From the NCBI GenBank assembly GCA_943367755.1, contig CALRKB020000022.1:18020-66019 (forward strand): DNA of 48,000 nt, given 5' to 3'. A program made the translations under genes and the position numbers. The notes under the pieces were generated by a model, which saw nothing but the letters and a program-made list of their open reading frames with translations, was not told where the DNA came from and did not search any database. Every line of letters begins with the position of its first letter. The stretch's first letter is position 1. Positions 35,650-44,607 of the stretch are shown piece by piece. The DNA comes from Rhizobium sp. Q54. GTDB lineage: Bacteria > Cyanobacteriota > Cyanobacteriia > Pseudanabaenales > Pseudanabaenaceae.

Positions 35650-36080
35650 ATAGCAATTTTCAGATGAGAATGGTACGGGCATCACACTCCGCAAACCAAC
35701 CAGAGATAATTGAGCATTGGTATCGATTTCTGCGCCAACGCCTTCATTGGACGCTCCCTCAACTTTCTACCCCTGCTCAGATGGAAACTTGGTCAGCCTT
35801 GATGCCTTTACTCACTTGGCAATTGTGGCTAGCTCGTGATGTTGTCCAAGACTCTCCTCTCCCTTGGCAGAAAACCATGACTAAATTATCTCCTGGTCGA
35901 GTCACCAATGCTTTTGCTCTAGTTTTGGTGAGGATTGGCTCTCCTGCTCCTCACTCCATACATCGCGGAAAGTCTCCAGGTTGGCCCCTTGGAAGAAAAC
36001 GGACGCAACGGATTCGTTATCCCACTATCAAAAAACGCTATGCCAAGCCTGTCAAAAAAGCTACAGCAGCAACTGCATAG
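35650..36080 (+). pseudogene. C-terminal remnant of a DDE transposase (IS4/IS701-like; family not resolved)
   Basis: The translation IIEHWYRFLRQRLHWTLPQL...LMPLLTWQLWLARDVV...PLPWQKTMTKLSPGRV...IGSPAPHSIHRGKSPGWPLGRKRTQRIRYPTIKKR matches the conserved tail, downstream of the catalytic Glu region, of cyanobacterial transposases. The N-terminal two thirds are absent, and I saw no terminal inverted repeats. Confidence 0.5.
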
Positions 36081-36231
36081 CTGAACTTCTGCTCTTTTAT
36101 CCTCTTTCTCGCTAGTTTCTATCTATCGGGATACTTCTTGTTGCCTTTTAGTCTAAACTCCAGTATTAAGTAAACTAGCTATCCATCGGTTTAGAGGATT
36201 ATACTGAACACCAAAAATCAGTTATGATCCT

Positions 36232-36660
36232 TAAATAAAAGCTCGCACACAAAAAACACGCAAATGCCATGTTGAAATCTTTTTGGCAAATAACACTGCG
36301 ATTTGTGGCTTTGACTATACTCGCGATCGCAGTTACTTTTAGTAATCCCTTATTCGTTCAAGCGGCTTCAGTCCCAGAGATCGCTCAACCCTCATCTGCT
36401 GAGATTAGAGATGATAGCAAGGACAAGGCGATTCCTAGTCCAGAAAATACACTGGGAAACCAAGGAGGCAGCGCAAAAACTGAGACAGGTGCCCCTTTCG
36501 ACAAAACAACAAAGATCCAGGAAACTCAATCTGAGAATCCCTACGATATGGAAGCCATTCATAAGTTCGATCGAGAACTATATGGCGACTAAGGTGGCTA
36601 AATTGATATCTATCTCTGCTTTCATCTGTACGGGCAGACCTATGTGTCTGCCCTACCCGC
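36232..36660. repeat. Right copy of the ~430-bp inverted repeat (partner at 2155..2585)
   Basis: See the left copy. Similarity ends at the multicopper oxidase stop codon (36660..36662). Confidence 0.85.
36269..36592 (+). CDS. Small secreted protein of unknown function (paralogue B)
   Basis: 107 aa, differing from paralogue A at 3 residues (A30V, N49D, D75A), with the same signal-peptide-like N-terminus. It is followed by the hairpin GGGCAGAC-CTATGT-GTCTGCCC at 36632..36653. Confidence 0.65.
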   Translation: MLKSFWQITLRFVALTILAIAVTFSNPLFVQAASVPEIAQPSSAEIRDDSKDKAIPSPENTLGNQGGSAKTETGAPFDKTTKIQETQSENPYDMEAIHKFDRELYGD

Positions 36661-38177
36661 TATAGAGGCGGTGCTGGCAGCGGTTTGGCTGGGGCTGACA
36701 TGGGGTCTTTACCACCTTGTCCCACTTCAAACTGGGTCATCATGTCATGATCCTCATGCACGATATTATGACAGTGCATCATGTATTTACCGCGATTGGG
36801 CGCAAACTGGGCAATTACCCGAACAGTCTGGTTCTCACCAACCAAGAAAACATCCTTCCAGCCACGCTCGTAGGGCAGCGGTGGTAGGCCATTGCGATCG
36901 AGGATCTGCAAATCGACGAGGTGGATGTGGACGGGATGAATCCAGCCACCTCCAACCCCAACTAGATTCCAAATTTCGATATCTCCTAAACCTGGATTGG
37001 CATCAACTCGTTTGGGGTTCCAAGTTTGACCGTTAATCAGCCATTGTCCACCACCGCGATCGAACCTAAAAGTTCTTGTGCGCACTGCAGAAGCTGGATC
37101 GAGACGAATGACCTGGCGCAGCTTCTCAGGAATAACGCTATCATCGCTTTCTTGACGCACGACATCAAAGCACATAATTTCATGCGTGCGAGAATCGGTA
37201 TCGAGATTATTTGGAAAAAGGGGATTCCTGAGGATCACCCGAGTATTAATGGGGTATTTAGAAAAATCAATGATAAAGCCATAGCGCTCTGCCATTGCTA
37301 CACGCAGAGTTTTGGTTCGAACTGGAGCCTCCAATAGTCCAGCATCGGAGCCAATTACGATCAAGTCGTCGCCTGTACTGAGGGAAAGTTGACAGGTACG
37401 AGAAGCGCCAGCATTAAGCACGCGGAAGCGATATTTACGGTTAGCGACCTCCATACGAGGCCAAGGCACTCCGTTTACTAACATCACATCGCCATAGATA
37501 CCCCTTTGCCCTTTGTCATCAAAAATCAGCGATCCATCGATCGCAAATTTCTTATCTTGAATGATTAATGGCACCTCATATTCACCCTGGGGCAGATTCA
37601 AACTTTGTTCAACACTATCGTCAACAATGTACATCCCTGCTAATCCCATGTAGACATTGTGGGAAGTATGGTGAATGGCATGGTCGTGATACCAAAGCGT
37701 AGAGGCGCGGTTGTTGGGATACTTATAATCCTTATAGTAACCAGGGCGAATTAAATCCTCTGCATAGCCATCATATTCTGGGTCGGAAGCCATGCCATGC
37801 AAATGGATTGAGGTATCTACATCTAGATTATTGATGAAGCGGACAACTGATAGCCGATCGCGATTTTGTCTAATCGTCGGCCCAGGAATACTCCCGTTGT
37901 AGCTCCAGACATCTGTCTTGACATTAGGTAAAATATCAACCTGACATTTTTTCATTACGATTTCGTAATAATCAGTAGGAGTATCTTTGCCATTAACGTC
38001 TTTTGTAATTCCACTACGCACGGGCTTAAGCACATCTGGGATGCGAAATGACTGCTTAAAGCGTGGAATCTGTGGGCTTAGTTGGGCAAGGGCAAGATCT
38101 GGAAATCCGAAGGGTGAAAGTAGCGCTCCACCACTGACCAAACCGAGTTTGATCGCTTCTCGTCTAGTAATTTTCAT
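36660..38177 (-). CDS. Multicopper oxidase with a Tat signal peptide
   Basis: Twin-arginine leader MKITRREAIKLGLVSGGALL...ALA. Copper-ligand motifs WYHDHAIHHT, HPVHIHLVD and MMHCHNIVHEDHDMM. Confidence 0.9.
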   Translation of the reverse strand: MKITRREAIKLGLVSGGALLSPFGFPDLALAQLSPQIPRFKQSFRIPDVLKPVRSGITKDVNGKDTPTDYYEIVMKKCQVDILPNVKTDVWSYNGSIPGPTIRQNRDRLSVVRFINNLDVDTSIHLHGMASDPEYDGYAEDLIRPGYYKDYKYPNNRASTLWYHDHAIHHTSHNVYMGLAGMYIVDDSVEQSLNLPQGEYEVPLIIQDKKFAIDGSLIFDDKGQRGIYGDVMLVNGVPWPRMEVANRKYRFRVLNAGASRTCQLSLSTGDDLIVIGSDAGLLEAPVRTKTLRVAMAERYGFIIDFSKYPINTRVILRNPLFPNNLDTDSRTHEIMCFDVVRQESDDSVIPEKLRQVIRLDPASAVRTRTFRFDRGGGQWLINGQTWNPKRVDANPGLGDIEIWNLVGVGGGWIHPVHIHLVDLQILDRNGLPPLPYERGWKDVFLVGENQTVRVIAQFAPNRGKYMMHCHNIVHEDHDMMTQFEVGQGGKDPMSAPAKPLPAPPL

Positions 38178-38312
38178 ATAGCAATCCTAGATCGTTCGTG
38201 ATTTTAGGGATTTGTTTCACAATCCAAATAGGATCGCTAAAGCTAATCGATCCATCAACTTCTATTGAATATATCCCATCTGTCACAGAATAAAGTTGCT
38301 AAGAGATAATTA

Positions 38313-38327
38313 TTGACAATTTGTCAA
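38313..38327. promoter_or_regulatory. Perfect palindrome TTGACAA-T-TTGTCAA upstream of the multicopper oxidase gene (candidate operator)
   Basis: 15-bp dyad about 140 nt upstream of the MCO start (38177) and 4 nt beyond the DnaJ-gene stop. It contains a TTGACA -35-like hexamer on both strands. Confidence 0.25.
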
Positions 38328-38330
38328 AGT

Positions 38331-39059
38331 TTAAAAAGTACTTCTTTGCCTATTTAAGTTTTGCATGGCGGCTTGAGCGTAGCTGCGCATTTCTTCGGCA
38401 ATTCGCCACATTTCTTGGCCAGTGTGCAGATGGCGATCGTCATAGTTTAGTGTGAAGTAATTTAGTTCCTCAATGCCGTCCCCCAGAACGCTGAGGCAGT
38501 GATAAAGATGGGTGGCAACGCTCGCTACTGAGGTGGGATTTGGCATGGCTCGAAACAAGATCTGCGCCTTGCTAAACGAACCACGACATTCGTCAATGTA
38601 GTCTTGGAAATTACCCATGAGTTCATCATCATAGGGATCGGCAGCTAGATCGTCTATTTGTTCGTCAATGACATCAATAATTTCACTAATCAAATCAGAG
38701 ATAGGGGTATAGACCTGCTCAATCCACAGATCTAACTTTTGATCTTCATCGAGGCCAGTTGGACGTGCCGATCTAGGCGATCGCGCCGATCTAGGCGATC
38801 GCCCCCATGGAGAATTAACCACCTTGGGTCTGGCAATGCCGATGCTGCGATCGTAGCGATCGCGGGTTTGCGGATTGCTGAGCACTTCATAGGCAACATT
38901 AATTGCTGATATGCGATCGTGGCTTAACAGATCGTGGTTGCAGTCAGGATGAAACTGTTTTACCAACTTTCTATAAGCATGCTTAATGTCAGACTGTGTA
39001 GCCTGATGGCTTATTTCTAAGGTATGGTAGTGTGTATTGCGATCGGTTGATGGCGACAT
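38331..39059 (-). CDS. J-domain (DnaJ-like) protein
   Basis: N-terminal J domain: HYHTLEISHQATQSDIKHAYRKLVKQFHPDCN...AYEVLSNPQTRDRYD. The rest is not DnaJ-like (no Zn finger). Confidence 0.85.
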   Translation of the reverse strand: MSPSTDRNTHYHTLEISHQATQSDIKHAYRKLVKQFHPDCNHDLLSHDRISAINVAYEVLSNPQTRDRYDRSIGIARPKVVNSPWGRSPRSARSPRSARPTGLDEDQKLDLWIEQVYTPISDLISEIIDVIDEQIDDLAADPYDDELMGNFQDYIDECRGSFSKAQILFRAMPNPTSVASVATHLYHCLSVLGDGIEELNYFTLNYDDRHLHTGQEMWRIAEEMRSYAQAAMQNLNRQRSTF

Positions 39060-39165
39060 ATTTGCTATTTTATCGCGCGGTCATTTACCAGTAGATTTTG
39101 CGCCAACTCCCCGATCTAGAGCCTTCTTGTGCCATGATCTTGCGTGAAGTCGATCGATAAACATT

Positions 39166-39807
39166 GTGACTGCCTGGTTAAGTTTACTCCAACAACAACG
39201 TGTCATTGCTGTAATTCGCGCTACAACAGCTAGTATCGCGCGTGAGAGTGCTTTGGCTGCTGCTGCCGGTGGCATTAAGCTGATGGAGATCACCTGGAAT
39301 ACTGATAATGCAGAATCTTTGATTCCAAAATTACAAAGCGAACTGCCCGACTGCAAAATTGGTACGGGGACGATCCTCAATCTTGATATGGCGACAAGAG
39401 CGATCGCCAGTGGGTGCAGTTTTATATTTACGCCCCATACCAGCGTAGAGATTATCGAGCTGGGTCGCACCGCCAATGTACCAGTTATTGCCGGAGCCTT
39501 AACTCCCACGGAAATTTTAACGGCGTGGCAGGCGGGAGCCGCAGCAGTGAAGGTATTCCCGATCAAGTCAGTGGGTGGCGTCAGTTATCTGGAATGCCTG
39601 CAACCCGTATTAGGCAATATCCCCTTAATTCCTACGGGCGGAGTTACGGTCGCAAACACTAGCTTATTTTTGCAAAGTGGCGCGATCGCCGTTGGCATCT
39701 CCAGCGACCTGTTCTTGCCCGCCACAGTCAAGGAGGATGACTGGACAGCTGTCATATCTAAGGCGCAGTTGCTTATGCAACAGGTACAGCCATTTCAGGG
39801 ACGGTAG
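39166..39807 (+). CDS. eda: KDPG / KHG aldolase
   Basis: 213 aa (GTG start) with VIAVIR, GGIKLMEITWNT, GTGTILN, FIFTPH, IAGALTPTEILTAWQAGAAAVKVFP and IPTGGV, typical of Eda family aldolases. Confidence 0.85.
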   Translation: MTAWLSLLQQQRVIAVIRATTASIARESALAAAAGGIKLMEITWNTDNAESLIPKLQSELPDCKIGTGTILNLDMATRAIASGCSFIFTPHTSVEIIELGRTANVPVIAGALTPTEILTAWQAGAAAVKVFPIKSVGGVSYLECLQPVLGNIPLIPTGGVTVANTSLFLQSGAIAVGISSDLFLPATVKEDDWTAVISKAQLLMQQVQPFQGR

Positions 39808-41455
39808 GGGCAGGTTTTGCAATCGCATGCTGAGAAGCTTCAAGATGCTCGATCAATTTGCCTACGGGTAAGGGGCCAAGCAGATGTTGCCAGGGCAATA
39901 CCCTCTCCCTTGACCATTCCTGATGCACATAGGATTCTAAACTTGGCAGTTGACCGCGCAGTTCCTTAAATGCCCGCTTGTACATGCCATCGCTAGGAAC
40001 TGCACCGCCGCTGTAGGTATACACTAGCCGCAGCAAAGCCTGAATCCGTCGATCGCCCCTGGAAATTAGCGCCTGAATCACGGAGTCCTTATAACCTTCG
40101 GGGCGAAAATCAATGCCTTTTGGGGCTAGTTGTTTTTGGAGATACTTCAGCTTTCGATCAGCATTTTTCTCGACTCCCATCCACTGCCATGGGGTATGGG
40201 ACTTGGGCACAAATGTGCTACAGCCAAAACTAATCCGCAGTTTGGGGGCCACTTTTTTGAGCGATCGCAGCATTTCCACGGTTTCGTCAATATCGTGATC
40301 GATTTCACCAGGGACACCCACCATGCCATATAGCTTGAGTGCGCTCAAACCTCCAGCCTGAGCATTTACTGCCGCTTGCAGGATTTCGTCATTGTGCAGC
40401 TTTTTGTTGATAATTTGACGTAGGCGTTCGGAACCGCTCTCTACAGCTACAGTTACCGAGCGACTATCGCGATTAGCTAGAGTTTGCGCTAATTTCAGTG
40501 TCAGCGTATTGGTGCGCACTGAGGCCAGACTGAGCCGTACTGAGTCAAACTGCGATCGCGAAATAAAATCTAAGAGCGTTTCAAATTCTGGATGCTGCGT
40601 AATCGAAGCGCCCAGTAAGCCCAGGCGATTTGTCACTTTTAAGCCCCTTTCAATTGCCGGAATTAGACTTCCCTCGGCGCTAGGGGTGCGAAATGGCAGT
40701 GTTAAGTAGCTGGCTAGGCAGAAACGACACATTTCGGGACAACTGCGTGCAACTTCCACCATATAGATGCTCTCCCAGGCTGCTTTGGCCGTGACAACGG
40801 TGGAAGCGGAAAGTGTATTCCCCCTATAGGTTTGTTTGGTAATTGTAGTGGGAATATTCGGCTCAATGGGCTGAATTGTGGCGATCGCCCCTTCTGCGCA
40901 TGCATAACTAACAGCGTAGAGGCTAGGTACGTAGATACCAGGCACTTGGGCTAAATGTCTGAGTTGAGTTTGGTGGGGTTGGTGGCGCACTTCTTGATAG
41001 GCTGACAACATATTGCCAATTAGCTCCTCACCATCGCCCAGCAGGATAAAATCAAACCAATCCGCAAACGGCTCAGGGTTGGCTGTTAAAACTGGCCCCC
41101 CACCAAAAACTAGGGGACGAATCCCCATGGGATGCGTACCGCCGCGATCTGCACTGCTAATTGGTATATCTAAATCTTCTAATGCAGCTAGAATATTGAT
41201 GTAATCAAGTTCCCAGGAGAAAGAAAATCCTAATAATTCAGGGTAGCGGGGTAAGGGTTCGCAGACATCAGTAAACCAACGACTAACAGACACTTCGGGG
41301 CGCATAGCTAGATCCGCCCAGATGGTCTGATAGCCCAGGCTCGTAATACCAACAGTGTAGGTATTGGGGAAAGCAAAGACTATCGGGATAGCACTATCGT
41401 GGGGTGTGGCAGGCGCAAACAAGTAGCATTCGGAACTAAAATTACTCTGACTCAA
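39773..41455 (-). CDS. Radical SAM protein (B12-binding-domain-type, conserved cyanobacterial family)
   Basis: 560 aa with the CxxxCxxC cluster motif ARSCPEMCRFCLASY and GLLGASIT / ESGSERLR-type radical SAM core blocks. Confidence 0.8.
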   Translation of the reverse strand: MSQSNFSSECYLFAPATPHDSAIPIVFAFPNTYTVGITSLGYQTIWADLAMRPEVSVSRWFTDVCEPLPRYPELLGFSFSWELDYINILAALEDLDIPISSADRGGTHPMGIRPLVFGGGPVLTANPEPFADWFDFILLGDGEELIGNMLSAYQEVRHQPHQTQLRHLAQVPGIYVPSLYAVSYACAEGAIATIQPIEPNIPTTITKQTYRGNTLSASTVVTAKAAWESIYMVEVARSCPEMCRFCLASYLTLPFRTPSAEGSLIPAIERGLKVTNRLGLLGASITQHPEFETLLDFISRSQFDSVRLSLASVRTNTLTLKLAQTLANRDSRSVTVAVESGSERLRQIINKKLHNDEILQAAVNAQAGGLSALKLYGMVGVPGEIDHDIDETVEMLRSLKKVAPKLRISFGCSTFVPKSHTPWQWMGVEKNADRKLKYLQKQLAPKGIDFRPEGYKDSVIQALISRGDRRIQALLRLVYTYSGGAVPSDGMYKRAFKELRGQLPSLESYVHQEWSRERVLPWQHLLGPLPVGKLIEHLEASQHAIAKPAPTVPEMAVPVA

Positions 41456-41585
41456 AGTTAGGTGTGGTAAAACTACAGCTATCAGTTTTAAGGTAGCAGA
41501 TCCATAAATACTGGGAACAATACCTAGTGATTAATTCCTGTCCGCCCCCAGTTGGGGCAGCTATTCAATCTATACAGTGTAGATT

Positions 41586-44420
41586 ATGGAGTTTTGGTTT
41601 AAGTTTCAGCAATGGTTAGAAGCCTTTATCGAGGCTCAGGTTTACTTGCCCACCTGTGATGCCGCAACCCTTGATGCAGCGATCGCTCTTGATGCAGGGG
41701 TGGCTATCCTGGCTCAAGAACTATGGCTGACTCAACTGCAACTCCAAGCGCTTGCAGATCGCGCCAACAGTCACAATCACAATCACAATACCTTGGCCGA
41801 TCTGGAGTTGAGGCTAATCCCTGAATACCACTACAAATTGGCGGAATTTAGGCGACAGTTGGTTGAAAGCCTATCAGGATCTGAGCCTGATTCTGGGCAA
41901 TGGCGGCGATCGCAGCAGCAGGAACTCCAGCAAAAACTTCGCACCACCGAACTGCAAATCATCCTGGCGATCCGAGCCAGCGATCGCGGTTCAGCGATCG
42001 CGCCCCACGCATTAAAACATGATGCAGCGGGATCGCTCACTTGGGAAACCGTTAGCCAACTACTCTCTAAGCCAACATCAGCGAACTCTGAGTTAAGTGG
42101 GTCTGGCATTGTACCTTTACAGATTCTCCTGCACATCCCAACCCTAAACTCTGAGGATAATTTGCTTGGCCTTGCTGACATCTTTAAAGAGTTGGAAGCG
42201 CGGTTACAGCATTTCTGCCAAACCTATGCCACACAGGGCAGACCAGTTCAGTTACTAGCGAGAGATTGGTTTAGTCCGACCTTTTCCGGTCAGGCTGCCA
42301 TTAATGATTTATTTATACTACTAAAAACAGAGCCAATTCTAGCTTTAGAATCCGATGTATTTGCTGAGACTCTATATCTCCATCTAGGCTATTGGGGATT
42401 GTCATCTGCTGACTATCGTTATCAACCATCAGCGCTAGAAATTGACTTGCGGGAATGTCTCAATAGTTTTGCCAAAAAATCCGCTGTGGATTGGTGGAAG
42501 GGCTTAAAGCAAGCTACAGCTAAGGGGATGTCACCGGAACAGTATAGTCAAAACTGCGATCCAGGTACGGTTCAGATATTTATCGATAACCTGAAAGCGA
42601 TCGAACAGGAGCAAAAAGTGCGGCAAAGTGGCATGACAGTCAATCCATTAGACCTGCTCTATACATTTCAACTACAGGACTTCACGCGATTACGAGAGCA
42701 TGTTGCTAATTTCTATTGCATTCTCCTAGGACTCCATCTCGATGAGTATTTTCTTTTAAATCTCATGCCAAAATCAAGACTGAGTCCGATATTACCACAA
42801 ATGCTATCTCAACTATTGACTGAGATGCCACCCCAAGAGATAGCCCAAGTAGAGAAGCAGATTGTGATGCGGTACCAGTCACTCTATAAACTTCTAGCGA
42901 AAAGAGAACCTTTGAGCTATCCAGATCTATGCCTAGATCTAGCTCTGAGTCTTAGTGATTTACCCGAACGGGCATGGGCAAAATCACAGATCGAGAACTC
43001 CATAATCAGTTGGCTGGAATTGCGGGGCATCTCGCATATGCATGGAGTTAGCGAGTTTGCTAATCTGCTCGATGCTACAATTGCGCATGCAACTTTAGCA
43101 GATCGGGGATATCTCAATAAATTAAATCAGTGTCTGGCTACCATCGGTTATAACCGTTCAATTAGCCTGGGGGCAAACTGGTTTGACCAGGGGACGAGTA
43201 AATATGAAGCGGACGACTACAAGGGCGCGATCGCCGATTTTACGCAAGCAATTGAACTCGATGATTTGCATGTAGAAGCGTACTTGCAACGAGGACAGGC
43301 ATACACTAATTTGGGGAAATATCAGCAAGCAATTGATGATTATAGTAAGGCCATAGAATTAAGCCCTAATTCTGCTAAAGCTTACAATTATCGCGGTAAC
43401 GCCTACCGAGAATTAGGTGAGTGTAAAATTGCGATCACCGATTACGATCGCTCGATCGCTATCGATCCAAATTCCTCTACCGCAAAGAGCGATCGCCGGG
43501 TTACGTTAGACATAATGGCAGAGGCAGATCGACAACATTTGGGAGGGAATAGCCATAGTCGCGAATTTGAATATGAAGTAGTCCGACTCAACTCAAATGG
43601 GAAAGGAATCAATCGCCGCATCAATTGCGCCAAACTCCTGATCCAGAATATTGAAGCTGAAAGGATTCCACCTGTCAGTATCGAAATGGTTTATATCCCT
43701 AGTGGAGTATGTTTTATGGGTTCGTCTGAGCGGGAACCAGGTCGCGATTTTAGCGAGGGCCCGCAGCATTGGGTAACTATGCCAAGCTTTTTTATGAGCA
43801 AATCGCAAATAACTCAGGCACAGTGGTATGCGGTAGCAAATCTTCCTCCTTCCGATCGAATGTCACCTCTGAATCTCAATCTCGATCCATCTCATTTCAA
43901 GGGTTTAGACCGACCCGTTGAGAGTATTTCATGGTTTGAAGCAGTAGAGTTTTGCGCACGACTTGCTCAAGCGACGGGATTAAATTACCGCTTGCCCAGT
44001 GAAGCCGAATGGGAATATGCTTGTCGTGGTGGCACCAAGACTCCATTTTCCTGTGGACATACTATTTCTACCGATCTAGCTAACTATGATGGCACTTCTG
44101 CCTACGGTTTTGGTGCTATGGGTGAATATCGCAATCAGACATTACCGATATGCAGTTTTCGCGTAGGGAATCCCTTTGGTCTATTTGATATGCATGGACA
44201 GGTATGGGAATGGTGTGCAGATCGTTGGCATGACAACTATGAGGGGGCTCCCACTAATGGACAAATTTGGCAAACAGGTGGAGATGATGAATTTCGGATT
44301 GTGAGAGGTGGGTCGTGGTTTAATAATCCAGGTCGCTGTCGTGCTGCTGTGCGCGGCAAGTACTCACCTGACGTTTGGTTAGATCAAATTGGATTTCGGA
44401 TCGTGATGCCAACATGGTAG
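41586..44420 (+). CDS. Large multidomain protein: unknown ~520-aa N-terminal region, TPR repeats, C-terminal FGE-sulfatase (SUMF1/EgtB/PvdO-like) domain
   Basis: TPR units: YKGAIADFTQAIELDD, AYLQRGQAYTNLGKYQQAIDDYSKAIELSPN, AYNYRGNAYRELGECKIAITDYDRSIAIDPN. FGE domain: YRLPSEAEWEYACRGG, GLFDMHGQVWEWCADRW, RIVRGGSWFNNPGRCRAAVRG. Confidence 0.8.
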   Translation: MEFWFKFQQWLEAFIEAQVYLPTCDAATLDAAIALDAGVAILAQELWLTQLQLQALADRANSHNHNHNTLADLELRLIPEYHYKLAEFRRQLVESLSGSEPDSGQWRRSQQQELQQKLRTTELQIILAIRASDRGSAIAPHALKHDAAGSLTWETVSQLLSKPTSANSELSGSGIVPLQILLHIPTLNSEDNLLGLADIFKELEARLQHFCQTYATQGRPVQLLARDWFSPTFSGQAAINDLFILLKTEPILALESDVFAETLYLHLGYWGLSSADYRYQPSALEIDLRECLNSFAKKSAVDWWKGLKQATAKGMSPEQYSQNCDPGTVQIFIDNLKAIEQEQKVRQSGMTVNPLDLLYTFQLQDFTRLREHVANFYCILLGLHLDEYFLLNLMPKSRLSPILPQMLSQLLTEMPPQEIAQVEKQIVMRYQSLYKLLAKREPLSYPDLCLDLALSLSDLPERAWAKSQIENSIISWLELRGISHMHGVSEFANLLDATIAHATLADRGYLNKLNQCLATIGYNRSISLGANWFDQGTSKYEADDYKGAIADFTQAIELDDLHVEAYLQRGQAYTNLGKYQQAIDDYSKAIELSPNSAKAYNYRGNAYRELGECKIAITDYDRSIAIDPNSSTAKSDRRVTLDIMAEADRQHLGGNSHSREFEYEVVRLNSNGKGINRRINCAKLLIQNIEAERIPPVSIEMVYIPSGVCFMGSSEREPGRDFSEGPQHWVTMPSFFMSKSQITQAQWYAVANLPPSDRMSPLNLNLDPSHFKGLDRPVESISWFEAVEFCARLAQATGLNYRLPSEAEWEYACRGGTKTPFSCGHTISTDLANYDGTSAYGFGAMGEYRNQTLPICSFRVGNPFGLFDMHGQVWEWCADRWHDNYEGAPTNGQIWQTGGDDEFRIVRGGSWFNNPGRCRAAVRGKYSPDVWLDQIGFRIVMPTW

Positions 44421-44607
44421 GACTTACGCCGAAATAAACCTTGAACTAAAGTACCCTACGGGAGGCAAGCTACTGGCTCTGAGCTAAAGTCATCTTGCTC
44501 TCACTTCTGCTCTGCCCAACTGGTATTGATACAGGATTTGTCTGTATAACACCCCTTATAGGATGATTATACGGAAATAGTCAAGGTAAAACAACAACTG
44601 ATGTCGC

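Noticed and set aside
39081-39566. 161-aa ORF on the minus strand
   Set aside because: It is entirely antisense to the well-supported eda gene (39166..39807) and its Ala/Ile-rich sequence is typical of a shadow frame.
39773-39807. 35-nt convergent overlap between the eda and radical SAM 3' ends
   Set aside because: It is most simply explained by non-conserved C-terminal tails reaching the first available stop codons. There is no evidence of functional coupling.
41771-41788. (CACAAT)x3 microsatellite
   Set aside because: It is in-frame within a long ORF (encoding HNHNHN) with only three units. This is trivial low complexity.
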